Assembly (NCBI GenBank): GCA_030685215.1
Contig: JAUXQB010000278.1
Coordinates: forward strand, 2,599 to 66,598
Direction: 5' to 3'
Length of the DNA: 64,000 nt
Origin: Actinomycetota bacterium
Lineage (GTDB): Bacteria > Actinomycetota > Acidimicrobiia > Acidimicrobiales > Ilumatobacteraceae
Position numbers and translations under genes: made by a program. Below are positions 16,115-25,222 of the stretch, in pieces (the first letter of the stretch is position 1; each line of letters opens with the position of its first letter). The notes under the pieces are model-generated. The model was not told where the DNA came from and ran no database searches. It saw nothing but the letters and a program-made list of their open reading frames with translations.

Positions 16115-17916
16115 GCACACGCCGGCTCGTCTGGGCACTGCGCGCCGCGATCGCGGTGCCGTACGTGATCGCGCTCGTCGCACTGAGCACCACCGACTGG
16201 TACCCGGTGCTCGACCTGGCGATGACCGAGTTGCGGGTGCGCGACGTGTTCGGCTCGCACACGCCGCTCATCGGCCTGCCGGGTCGCATCGGCACGTTCC
16301 CCGACCAGGGAAGTCACCCCGGCCCGCTGAGCTTCTACCTGGTGGCACCGATCTACCGGCTGTTCGGCAGCTCGGCCCACGGGATGCTGGTCGCCGCGGC
16401 GGTCATCAACGTGGGTGCCGCCTCGGCGGCGTTGTGGGCGGCCGGTCGCCGCGGCGGCCCGCGCCTGCTGGTGGGCATCACGGCGGTGCTGATGGCGCTG
16501 ATGGCCTGGCTCGGCGCCAGCGTCCTGACACAGCCGTGGAACCCATATCTGCCGCTGGTGAGCTTCGTGGTCGTGCTGCTCTGCACGTGGGGTGTGCTCG
16601 ACGGCGATCACGTGCTGCTGGTGCCGCTGGTGGCGTTCTCCACGCTCTGCGCGCAGACCCACGTGCCGTACCTGGCGCTGTGCGTGGTGCTGTGCGTGCT
16701 GGCGTTCGGCGCAGTGCTGGCTCGCTGGTGGACCGCGCGGGCCGTTGCGGCCGCCGAACGCCGTTCGGTGCTGATCGCGGTCGGTGTCGGCGCGCTGCTG
16801 TGGCTGCCGGTGCTGGTCGACGAGGTGCGCCGCACGCCGGGCAACGTCACGATGTTGCGTCGCCACTTCCTCTCCCCGCCGGAGGAGCCGGTGGGCTTCG
16901 CGGTGGGCCTGAAGACCGTGCTGGCCCACTTCGATCTCACGCACGTGGTCGGCAGCCTGGCCACGCGTTCTGGTGACGAGATCGAGCACCTCGACGCGCT
17001 CGCCGGCGGTCGATGGGTGATCGGCCTGCTCGTGCTGCTGGTGTGGGCGGCCGCCGCGCTGTCCTCGCGGCGCCTCGCCGACCGTCGCATCGTGCGTCTG
17101 CACCTGGTGGTCGCGGTGGGCACGGTCGTCGCGTTCGTCTCGACCGGCCGCATCTTCGGCAAGGTCTGGTACTACCTCACGCTGTGGTCCTGGTCGCTGG
17201 CCCTGCTCGCCGTGGCCGCCACGCTGTGGACCGCGTTGGCGTGGTGGGAGCGGCCGGAGCGGTCGGACCGGCGCGCCTTGCCGGTGGTGCGGGTGGCGGC
17301 GGGCATCGTCGCGGTGGCCGCCGTCGTGTTCGTCGTCGACGCTGCCACCGTGGATCCACCGGAGGACCGGCTCTCGCGTGTGCTCGGCGAGGTGGTCGGC
17401 CCCACGGCCGACGCGCTGCGCGAGGGCGTCGGCGCGGCCGACGGCGACGACGGCGTGTACGCGGTCTACTGGGAAGATGCGTACTACTTCGGTTCGCAGG
17501 GCTTCGGGTTGATCAACGAGCTCGAGCGGCGCGGCTTCGATGCTCGGGCGTACGACACGTATCGCGTGCCGATCACCCATCACCGCATCGCGCAGCCGTC
17601 GGAGGTGACGGCCGAAGTGGTGCTGGCCACCGGGGTGAACGTGGAGGTCTGGCGTGCGAAGCCCGGTGTGGTGGAGGTGGCCGTGTTCGAGCCGCGCTCG
17701 GCCGAGGAGATGGCCGAGTTCGACCAGCTGTACGCCGAGGCCGTCGAGGCGTTGCGTGCCGACGGGCTCGACGATCTGGTGCCGTTGCTCGACACCAACA
17801 TGTTCCTGGCGCGGCTGGACCCGCGACTGTCCGACGATGTGGAGGCCACGCTCACCACCCTGCTGATGCTCGGCCAGGAGACGGCAGTCTTCGTCGCTCC
17901 TCCCGGATCGTTCTAG
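16111..17916 (+). CDS. uncharacterised multi-pass membrane protein, paralog A of three (candidate GT-C glycosyltransferase)
   Basis: ATG 16111 overlaps the GT2 stop (ATGA). 601 aa. Motifs shared with paralogs B and C: 'WYPVLDLAMTELRVRDV', 'SHPGPLSFYL', 'QPWNPYLPL', 'CAQTHVPY'. About 190-aa soluble C-terminal domain. Confidence 0.6.
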   Translation: MSTRRLVWALRAAIAVPYVIALVALSTTDWYPVLDLAMTELRVRDVFGSHTPLIGLPGRIGTFPDQGSHPGPLSFYLVAPIYRLFGSSAHGMLVAAAVINVGAASAALWAAGRRGGPRLLVGITAVLMALMAWLGASVLTQPWNPYLPLVSFVVVLLCTWGVLDGDHVLLVPLVAFSTLCAQTHVPYLALCVVLCVLAFGAVLARWWTARAVAAAERRSVLIAVGVGALLWLPVLVDEVRRTPGNVTMLRRHFLSPPEEPVGFAVGLKTVLAHFDLTHVVGSLATRSGDEIEHLDALAGGRWVIGLLVLLVWAAAALSSRRLADRRIVRLHLVVAVGTVVAFVSTGRIFGKVWYYLTLWSWSLALLAVAATLWTALAWWERPERSDRRALPVVRVAAGIVAVAAVVFVVDAATVDPPEDRLSRVLGEVVGPTADALREGVGAADGDDGVYAVYWEDAYYFGSQGFGLINELERRGFDARAYDTYRVPITHHRIAQPSEVTAEVVLATGVNVEVWRAKPGVVEVAVFEPRSAEEMAEFDQLYAEAVEALRADGLDDLVPLLDTNMFLARLDPRLSDDVEATLTTLLMLGQETAVFVAPPGSF

Positions 17917-17918
17917 TG

Positions 17919-19790
17919 ATGACGCGCAGGTGGCGGCCGGGCTTCGAGTGGCTGGCTGTCGTGCCGCTCGTGATCGCTGCCGTACGTGCGCTGGTGACGA
18001 GATGGATCCCCGTGGGGGAGAACGCGCTCATGTCGCTGCGGGCCCGCGACGTGCTCACCGAACACCATCCGTGGTTGGGCACTGCGTCGTCGGGGTCGCT
18101 CACGTCGGGCACCACCGTCAGCCATCCGGGGCCGCTGCTGTTCGATCTGTTCGCACTGCCGGTGCGACTGCTGGGGCCCGGTGCCGGGCTGGTGATCGGC
18201 GCACTGCTGCTGCACTCGGCGGCCGTGCTGGTGGCCGGTGCGGCGGCGCGCCGTGCGGGCGGCGAGCGGCTCGTCGTGATCGTCACGCTCGCGTTCATCG
18301 CGCTGCAGTGGACGTTGGGTCCACAGTTGATGCTCGACCCGTGGAACCCGCACATCGTGCTGATGCCGTTCCTCGCGTTCCTCGTCTGCCTCGTCGCGGT
18401 GGCGGTGGGACACTCGCGCCTGCTCTGGCCGGCGGTGTGCTTCGGTTCACTGGTGCTGCAGACGCATGTCAGCTACGTGCTGCTGGTGCCGCTGCTCGCG
18501 CTCGGCGCCACGGGCGCCTGCTGGTGGCACGCCCGAACCGGTGGCATCGTGCGCCGTGACTGGGCGACGGCAGGGGGAGTGTTCGCGCTGCTGTGGGCGC
18601 AGCCGGTGTGGCAGCAGTTGTTCGGGCCCGGCCCGGGCAACCTGGGGTTGTTGCTGCGCAGTGGCGACAGCGAGGGTCGCGTCGGGGTGCGGCTCGGGTC
18701 GCGGTTGGTGGCCGAGGTCGTGGCTGCGCCCCCGTGGTGGGCTCGACCGTCGTTCGACCGGTCGGTGAGCGACATGCCCGTGCTCGACGCCGATGGCGGC
18801 CGGCTGCCCACTGCCGAGTGGCTCATCGGCGGCGCGATGGCGGCGCTGCTGCTGGTCGCCCTCGCTGCACTGCTGGTCGCGCTCGCCGTCACGGCGCATC
18901 GCCGCGGCGAACGGGTCGCGGTCGCGATGCTGGCCATCGCGCTGGGCGGCGTGTGCCTGGCGGTGGTCACCACGGCCATCATCCCGGCGGCCGGCTACGG
19001 CATCGCGCCGCACCAGTTGCGGTGGCTGTGGCCGCTGTCGATCTGGTGGATGGTGGCGGTGGCCTACACGGCCGTGCAACTGCTGCCGTCGGTGGCCGAT
19101 GGCATCGTGCGCGCTCGTTGGCTCGCGCCCGGCATGGCAGTGGCCGGCGTTGCGTTGTGCATCCCGTCGTACGTGGTGCCGGTGGGCGTGGCGCGCGCAC
19201 CGGGGTCGATGGACTCGGTGCGCTCCATTGTCGAGCAGATGGACGGAGTCGAGATCCCGCCGGCGGTGTTCGAGCCGTCGGGCATGTGGATCGGCGAGCC
19301 GTACAGCGTGCCGATGATCGCGGCGCTGCTGGCCGACGACCAGCCGGTGCTCGTGGCGCCCGATGCCGCCGCGCAGTACGGACGCGGCCGGGTGGCAGGA
19401 CCGGATGTGGCGTGGCGGCTGTCGTTGCGCCAGGGAGCGGAGGCGCTGGTCTGTGCCGATGCCGACCGTCTGGCGCTCGACACGCCGCTCGCCGACGAGC
19501 AGGTCGCCGACTACCGAGCACTGCAGCAGCAGGTGCTCGATCTGGTGGTCGGCCTCGCCGCCACCGACGCGACGCTGCAGGCGGAGATCGATGGGCTCGG
19601 CCGACCGCTGGTCGAGTCGCTCGCCGACGGCTCGCTGACCGCAGCCGTGCTCGAATCGACCGCGGCGCTGAGCGACGACGACCTCGCCCTGCTCGCCGCG
19701 TTCGACGTGCAACGCACGGCGCTGGGCATCGACACTGTTGCCGCGTTCGTGCGGCCGCTCGACGGCCTCTACGGGCAGGGCTGCGACTGA
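17919..19790 (+). CDS. uncharacterised multi-pass membrane protein, paralog B (candidate GT-C glycosyltransferase)
   Basis: ATG 17919 (or GTG 17916) lies 2 nt after the paralog A stop. Motifs 'WIPVGENALMSLRARDV', 'SHPGPLLFDL', 'DPWNPHIVL', 'VLQTHVSY'. 623 aa. Confidence 0.6.
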   Translation: MTRRWRPGFEWLAVVPLVIAAVRALVTRWIPVGENALMSLRARDVLTEHHPWLGTASSGSLTSGTTVSHPGPLLFDLFALPVRLLGPGAGLVIGALLLHSAAVLVAGAAARRAGGERLVVIVTLAFIALQWTLGPQLMLDPWNPHIVLMPFLAFLVCLVAVAVGHSRLLWPAVCFGSLVLQTHVSYVLLVPLLALGATGACWWHARTGGIVRRDWATAGGVFALLWAQPVWQQLFGPGPGNLGLLLRSGDSEGRVGVRLGSRLVAEVVAAPPWWARPSFDRSVSDMPVLDADGGRLPTAEWLIGGAMAALLLVALAALLVALAVTAHRRGERVAVAMLAIALGGVCLAVVTTAIIPAAGYGIAPHQLRWLWPLSIWWMVAVAYTAVQLLPSVADGIVRARWLAPGMAVAGVALCIPSYVVPVGVARAPGSMDSVRSIVEQMDGVEIPPAVFEPSGMWIGEPYSVPMIAALLADDQPVLVAPDAAAQYGRGRVAGPDVAWRLSLRQGAEALVCADADRLALDTPLADEQVADYRALQQQVLDLVVGLAATDATLQAEIDGLGRPLVESLADGSLTAAVLESTAALSDDDLALLAAFDVQRTALGIDTVAAFVRPLDGLYGQGCD

Positions 19791-21706
19791 TCGCTGAACA
19801 GCGCGTACGCGGTGTTCAGGAAGGTGTCGACCACCGGGAAGACGCTCGTCAGATCGTCGGGTGACTGCACCTCGCCGCCCGCGTACCAGCGACTGAGGTA
19901 GCCCTCGTAGACGATGGTGCGAGCGGCGTCGAGGTCGCCCTGCTGGGCGAGCCTGAGCACCGGCTCGATGGCGGCGTCGGCATCGCGCAGCACGCTGTCG
20001 GCGACGACGATCTCGCCGCCTGCGACCTGCTCGGAGAGCTGCTCGGCGCGCTCGCGTGCAACTCCTTCCTCGCTCTCGCTGAGCTCGCTGGCGAGCGCCA
20101 CCAGGCATGCAGGCCCGTCGTACAGCACGGCCGGCGCGCCCTGCAGCTGGAAGATGGTGGCCGGCTCGGTGCCGTCGGCTCGGCGCGACGGACCGAGCTG
20201 GCGGATCATGATCTCGTCGGTGACGCGGAACTCGATACCGAGCTCCTGCAGCTGCATCATCACCGTCGAGCTGTACGGCTCGAACGGCCGCACGTTGCTC
20301 ACGTCGTACAGCACCGGTTGCACGGCGGCGAGTTGGTCGAGGTGTGGCAGCACCCGGCGCAGCGTGCTCATCGACGAGTAGAAGGCCACCGGGCCCTGTG
20401 GTTGTGCGTGGTACGGCACCGCCGCGATGGCGAGCACTGCGGCCACACCGACGGGCGCCCACTGCAGCGCAGCGAGCGCGCGCCCGGCGAGGCGAACGGC
20501 CACGTGGTGCACGAGCGTGGCGACGAGCGCGACGTGCACGAACACGGCCAGCGGCCACAGGAACCGCACGTGGTGCGCGGCCAGGCCGACAGGACCGACG
20601 GTGAGCCTGCTGATCGCGAGCACGCTGCCGACGACGCCCGCGGTGGCCATCAGGCACGCGTTGCCGAGCAGGTGCGTGTCGCGCCGGCGGTGATGGGTGG
20701 CGAGCGCGACGAGCAGCCCGACGAGCACCAGCAACGACAGCGCGGCGAGCGCGGTGTTGGGAAGCCCCGGGATGACGAGCGCCGGCTCGCCGCTCGGACC
20801 GACGGTGAGCGGTGTGTTGGGCACCGAGGTGGAGAACCCGCTGCGGAACCACCACGGTGGCAGCGTGAACACGTTGGCGCTGATGCCGGTGGCCGAGCGC
20901 ATGCCCACCTGCAACGAGCCCCCGCCGGCGTTGCCGAGCAGGCGGCTGAGGTTGCCCTTGCCGGGACCGAACAACTGCTCGTAGAAGGTCTGGCTCCAGA
21001 TGAGCGCGAGCGCGACGAACGACACGATGGCCGGGCGCGAGCGGATGGCGTCTCGCCACGGGAGGTGTGGCCGCCGACGCCGCTCCAGCCAGTAGCTGAC
21101 CGCTGCCACCGGGCACAGCACGGCGAGGATGTACGCGTAGCTGATGTGGGTGTGCACGAGCAGCGACACCATCGCCAGCGACCACGGGATGCACCACGTC
21201 TGGCCGTCGGTGACACCCACCAGCAGCACCAGCAGCAGCAGGAACGGCAGCAGCAGCGAATGCGCCTGCCAGATGTCGAACAGCATCTCGCTGCCCATCG
21301 ACCAGCTCAGCCCGGCAGCGGCCAGCAGCGCCCACCGCTCTGCAGCCCAGCCGCCCAGGCGTCGGGCGACCGCGACGATGCCGATGATGGCGAGCACGTT
21401 GAGCACGCCGACGCCGACTGCTGCACCGGGTCCGGGCCCGAACACCTTCGCGAACGGTGCCACCAGGTCGGCGTAGATGGGGCCGGGGTTGTTCATGTTC
21501 TCGCCGACGCTGAGCGACGCCGAGGTCCACGACCCCAGCCACGGGTGGTGCGCCGTGGCCACGTCGGCCACGCGGATGTAGAGCAGCGCGTTGTCGCCGA
21601 TGGGGAACCAGTCGTGGTGCAGCGCCCGGATCACGGCCACCACGATGGGCAGCACGGTGAGCGCGACGAGCGAACGCCGCAGCCACTTCGGGGCGTCGGA
21701 GGTCAC
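19769..21706 (-). CDS. uncharacterised multi-pass membrane protein, paralog C (candidate GT-C glycosyltransferase)
   Basis: GTG 21706 overlaps the upstream stop (GTGA). Motifs 'WFPIGDNALLYIRVADV', 'NNPGPIYADL', 'LVHTHISY'. 645 aa. Its 3' end overlaps paralog B by 22 nt. Confidence 0.6.
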   Translation of the reverse strand: MTSDAPKWLRRSLVALTVLPIVVAVIRALHHDWFPIGDNALLYIRVADVATAHHPWLGSWTSASLSVGENMNNPGPIYADLVAPFAKVFGPGPGAAVGVGVLNVLAIIGIVAVARRLGGWAAERWALLAAAGLSWSMGSEMLFDIWQAHSLLLPFLLLLVLLVGVTDGQTWCIPWSLAMVSLLVHTHISYAYILAVLCPVAAVSYWLERRRRPHLPWRDAIRSRPAIVSFVALALIWSQTFYEQLFGPGKGNLSRLLGNAGGGSLQVGMRSATGISANVFTLPPWWFRSGFSTSVPNTPLTVGPSGEPALVIPGLPNTALAALSLLVLVGLLVALATHHRRRDTHLLGNACLMATAGVVGSVLAISRLTVGPVGLAAHHVRFLWPLAVFVHVALVATLVHHVAVRLAGRALAALQWAPVGVAAVLAIAAVPYHAQPQGPVAFYSSMSTLRRVLPHLDQLAAVQPVLYDVSNVRPFEPYSSTVMMQLQELGIEFRVTDEIMIRQLGPSRRADGTEPATIFQLQGAPAVLYDGPACLVALASELSESEEGVARERAEQLSEQVAGGEIVVADSVLRDADAAIEPVLRLAQQGDLDAARTIVYEGYLSRWYAGGEVQSPDDLTSVFPVVDTFLNTAYALFSDQSQPCP

Positions 21707-22599
21707 GACGCGCCGGAGCCCTTCACCGTGCTGGCGGAGGTGTGCGAGAAGCCGGAGAACAGCACCAGGAATCCGATGAAGGTGGTGACGAACGCGACGC
21801 CGCTGCCGATGAGGAGCGCGAGGCCGACCGTCCCGGCGTGTGATGCGATGGTGGCGGTGGCGACGAGCGTGAGCACCGTGGCGAACGCGACGAAGGTGGC
21901 AGCGGCAGCGACGAGCATGCGTGCCGCGATGCGCTCGGAGAACGGCAACAGCATGCGGATGCCGTGTGCGATGAGCGACGAGGTGTTCATCCGGCTGCGC
22001 CCGGCGAACCGGTGGCCGCGAGCGCACGGCACTGTGGTGGTGGCGCGACGCAGCGCGAGCAGCGTGCTCGAGTAGCAGAGGTCGAAGCTGGGGTGGTGCA
22101 CGGTGGCCTTCAACGAGTCGGCCCGCTGGGCGGCGAAGTTGCCCGACAACACGGTGATGCCGGCGATGAGCCGGAAGAAGATGCGGAACATCACGTACAG
22201 CACACGGAACAGCAACGGTTCCGACCGTTTCGTGCGCTCGGCGAGCACGAGGGCGCTGCCGGTGTCGCGCAGCGCGGCCAGCAACCGTGGCACGTCGGCC
22301 GGCTGGTCCTCGCCGTCGGAGTCCATGGTGATGACCACGTCGGTGTCGGCCAACGATGGCGCGAGGTGCCGCAGGCCGTGGACGATGGCGCGCTGGTGGC
22401 CCATGTTGAACGGGGGAGTGAGCACCGTCACGTCGGGCAGGGCATGGAGCTGCACGACCTCCGGGTCGGTGCCCGCGGAGTCGTCGACCACCAGGAACTG
22501 CAGCGGCCCGTGCTCGGCGGCGAGCGCCTCGCGCACTTCGGTGTGCAGTCGCAGGAACGACACCGTGTCGTGCAGCATCGGGCTCACGATCCAGATCAC
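21703..22599 (-). CDS. GtrB-type GT2, polyisoprenyl-phosphate glycosyltransferase
   Basis: GTG 22599 overlaps the upstream stop (GTGA). Motifs 'VVDDSAGTD', 'TMDSDGEDQP', 'LAERTKRSEP', plus two C-terminal TM helices as in bactoprenol glucosyltransferases. Confidence 0.78.
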   Translation of the reverse strand: MIWIVSPMLHDTVSFLRLHTEVREALAAEHGPLQFLVVDDSAGTDPEVVQLHALPDVTVLTPPFNMGHQRAIVHGLRHLAPSLADTDVVITMDSDGEDQPADVPRLLAALRDTGSALVLAERTKRSEPLLFRVLYVMFRIFFRLIAGITVLSGNFAAQRADSLKATVHHPSFDLCYSSTLLALRRATTTVPCARGHRFAGRSRMNTSSLIAHGIRMLLPFSERIAARMLVAAAATFVAFATVLTLVATATIASHAGTVGLALLIGSGVAFVTTFIGFLVLFSGFSHTSASTVKGSGAS

Positions 22600-23333
22600 G
22601 AGCGCACCTCGCCGGCCGGCCCCGCCTGCACGAGCATCACCACCGAGGTGCCGCCCGGCCACGCACGTCGCAGCGCGGTGGTGCCGCGACTGAACAGCTC
22701 TGCCGAGCGATCCACGAGGCGCGGCAGCGACGGGAAGTCGGCGTGCTCGCGCTGGCTGCGACGCAGCTTGCGCACGGCCACCAGCGGCAGCAGCTCGGGG
22801 AACAGGTAGCCGGCCGAGACGACGCGGAAGCCCGCGGTTTCGGCGACCTCGCGGAGCCGGCGACGCGAGTACCGGCGGTGGTGGCCGAGTGCCGTGTCCC
22901 ACGACGTGAACGCCCACTGGAACGCCGGAACGGTGAGCAGCAGCTGCGCGCCGGGAGCCATTCGTGCTCGGATGCGCTCCAGGGCGGCCCGGTCGTGCTC
23001 GATGTGTTCGAGCACGTCGAGCATCGTGACCAGCGTGGTGGACGCGATGGGCGCGCCGTCGACGCCTCGATGGTCGCTGCCGAAGCGTTCGGCGAGCGCG
23101 GCGTCGAGCACGGCCGACGACTCCTCGAACAGGTACTGCAGCGGGCGCGGCTGGGCGAGCAGCCAGTCGCCGAGCTGGCCCGACCCGGCACCGATGTCGA
23201 GCACGGTGGTGGCGCCGCTGGCAGCAGCCGCCTGCTGCACGAGGCGGAAGCGAACGCGGTGCCAGAAGGTGAGCCCCTCGGCAGCGGCGACGCGCATCTG
23301 CTGCTGTTCGAGATGTGTGACGGGCTGGTTCAC
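22596..23333 (-). CDS. class I SAM-dependent methyltransferase
   Basis: 'VLDIGAGSGQLG' (motif I), 'MLDVLEHIEHD', 'PGAQLLLTVP'. GTG 23333 lies 12 nt after the upstream stop; alternative ATG at 23297. The N-terminal ~620 codons of track ORF 22596..25202 are rejected. Confidence 0.8.
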   Translation of the reverse strand: MNQPVTHLEQQQMRVAAAEGLTFWHRVRFRLVQQAAAASGATTVLDIGAGSGQLGDWLLAQPRPLQYLFEESSAVLDAALAERFGSDHRGVDGAPIASTTLVTMLDVLEHIEHDRAALERIRARMAPGAQLLLTVPAFQWAFTSWDTALGHHRRYSRRRLREVAETAGFRVVSAGYLFPELLPLVAVRKLRRSQREHADFPSLPRLVDRSAELFSRGTTALRRAWPGGTSVVMLVQAGPAGEVRS

Positions 23334-23344
23334 CGGAGACGACC

Positions 23345-25222
23345 TTAACGCCGAGCCTGGAGGCTCTGGCAGATGGGTGTGCCCCGGTCGTCGGCAACGA
23401 TCGGGGAGAAGTTGTCGCTGATCGCCGCGTCGGCGAGGCCGGGCGCATCGAACGCGAACAGGGCAGACCGGCCGTCGATGAGCACCTGCAACCGACCGGT
23501 CACGGGGTCGGACAGGATGTCGAGTGTGATCGGGCCGCGCGGCATCGTCAGGGTGTCGCCCTGCACGACCTCGCCCTGATCTGGCGTGTACGACGCGCTG
23601 GCTCGCCCCGGACTGCTGAGCACCTCGATGGTGCCGCCGACCGCGCGGACGACGACTGGTTCCGCGGTGTCGAGCGGACCGCGAAGCCGCCGCACGCCAT
23701 CGGCCAGTTCGAGTGCCACCCAGGCGCGCTGTTCGGCGATGTACAGGCCGTCGCAGTCGCCGTCGATGGCCACGACGCCGTCGCGCGGCGCGGGTTGGCC
23801 GGGCACGAGGTCGATCACCGAGGGAGGGGGTCCGCCGAAGATGGCGTCGTCGATGTCGTAGCGCAGTTCGGTGAAGCCCGGCTCCTTCAGGTTCTGCGTC
23901 CAGGTGGCCAGCGCGACGTTCACCCACAGACCCCACAGCGCGAGCACGGCGACCATCACGTGCGCGGCGCGCAGGCTGATCCGCTGCGGGCGCACGATCA
24001 CCGCGAGTGCGGCCGCGGCGGGGATGACGAGCGCGGGCAGCATGTCGGTGAGGTAGCGGTTGGCGACGAACCCGATGAGGAAGCTGGGCACCGCCGCCAC
24101 CAGCGCACCGACGAACAGCGCGGCGAGTGGCCACGAGCGGCGCCGGACGATGACCCACACACCGGCCACCGCCACTAGGAACAACAACGTGGCCGACGCG
24201 GTGAGCGACGACGACGGGGTGTTGGTCTCCAGCGGGTACGAGCCGTACTCGTGAGCGAGCGGACCGAAGCGGACGAACGGCAGCAGCCGTTCGAACTCGA
24301 CCGTGTCGGGCCGCAGGTACTGCACGACCGTGGTGGGCAGGAAGCGCACGCTGAGGAAGCTGCCACCGTTGCCGGCGAACCATGCCGCTCGCTCGGGGTC
24401 CTGCAGGCTGAGCAGCTGCCGGTCGGCGGGCAGGTCGAGCAGCGTGCCGAACTTGGCCAGGTTCACCGCCATGTTCAGCAACAGCCCTGCGAACGCACCG
24501 GCGCCGGCGACCATCGCGATCTGGCGTCGGCGGTTCCACAGCAGAAGGCCCACGAGGCCCACCGCGAGCAGCGCGCCGATGCCGACGCTGGAGCGAGTGA
24601 GGATGGTGCACGTGCCCAGCCCGACGGCCACCAGCGCCGCTGGCCTGCTCGGCTGCTGCCACATCCCGATGGCGGCGAGGGCGGTGCCGAGGAAGAGGGC
24701 GAACGCCCACATCTCGGTCTCGTCGTACACGCTGTTCCAACCGGCCAGGCTGAGCGCCGGCGACACCGCCACTGCGGTGACGAGCACCGTGGCTCGGCGG
24801 GCGCTCGTGCCACCGAGCACCGACCCGACTCGCCAGGCGACGTGCCAGGTGAGGGTGCACGCGACGAAGAACGCGAGCAGCAGCGACGGGGCCGACAGCC
24901 GTCCGTCGAACCAGTGGCCGAACAGCGCGAACGGCATGCGTGCGAGCGCCAGCAGCGGGCCGTAGTAGAGGTACGTCCGCCCGTCGATCAGGAAGCCCTC
25001 CGGCCCCGCGATGTCGGCCGGCACGTCGAGCCGGCCGCGGACGAAGGCGTGGGCCTGCGCGTCGTAGAAGTCGGTGCTGAACCCGCCGCGGGTGAACAGG
25101 GTCCACGGTTGCCAACGGGTGAGCACGAGCAGGAAGACGATGGTGGCGGCGAGCGTGATGCGGCGGGCCCACCGCGACTCGGGGGTGCGGTGTGCGGCCC
25201 ACAGCCGACGTAGCAGGGTCAC
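23345..25222 (-). CDS. multi-pass membrane protein with beta-rich C-terminal domain; candidate GT-C glycosyltransferase (ArnT/PMT-like first loop)
   Basis: GTG 25222 overlaps the upstream stop (GTGA). About 11 hydrophobic segments. First loop reads 'FSTDFYDAQAHAFVRGRLDVP...LIDGRTYLYYGPL'. 625 aa. Confidence 0.6.
   Translation of the reverse strand: MTLLRRLWAAHRTPESRWARRITLAATIVFLLVLTRWQPWTLFTRGGFSTDFYDAQAHAFVRGRLDVPADIAGPEGFLIDGRTYLYYGPLLALARMPFALFGHWFDGRLSAPSLLLAFFVACTLTWHVAWRVGSVLGGTSARRATVLVTAVAVSPALSLAGWNSVYDETEMWAFALFLGTALAAIGMWQQPSRPAALVAVGLGTCTILTRSSVGIGALLAVGLVGLLLWNRRRQIAMVAGAGAFAGLLLNMAVNLAKFGTLLDLPADRQLLSLQDPERAAWFAGNGGSFLSVRFLPTTVVQYLRPDTVEFERLLPFVRFGPLAHEYGSYPLETNTPSSSLTASATLLFLVAVAGVWVIVRRRSWPLAALFVGALVAAVPSFLIGFVANRYLTDMLPALVIPAAAALAVIVRPQRISLRAAHVMVAVLALWGLWVNVALATWTQNLKEPGFTELRYDIDDAIFGGPPPSVIDLVPGQPAPRDGVVAIDGDCDGLYIAEQRAWVALELADGVRRLRGPLDTAEPVVVRAVGGTIEVLSSPGRASASYTPDQGEVVQGDTLTMPRGPITLDILSDPVTGRLQVLIDGRSALFAFDAPGLADAAISDNFSPIVADDRGTPICQSLQARR

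Noticed and set aside
18447-21686. 1079-aa ORF on the minus strand, the second-longest in the window
   Set aside because: The translation is almost pure Arg/Ala/Pro/Gly/His low-complexity, typical of an off-frame read-through in GC-rich DNA. It runs antisense to paralog B and out of frame through paralog C, both of which have coherent membrane-protein sequences.
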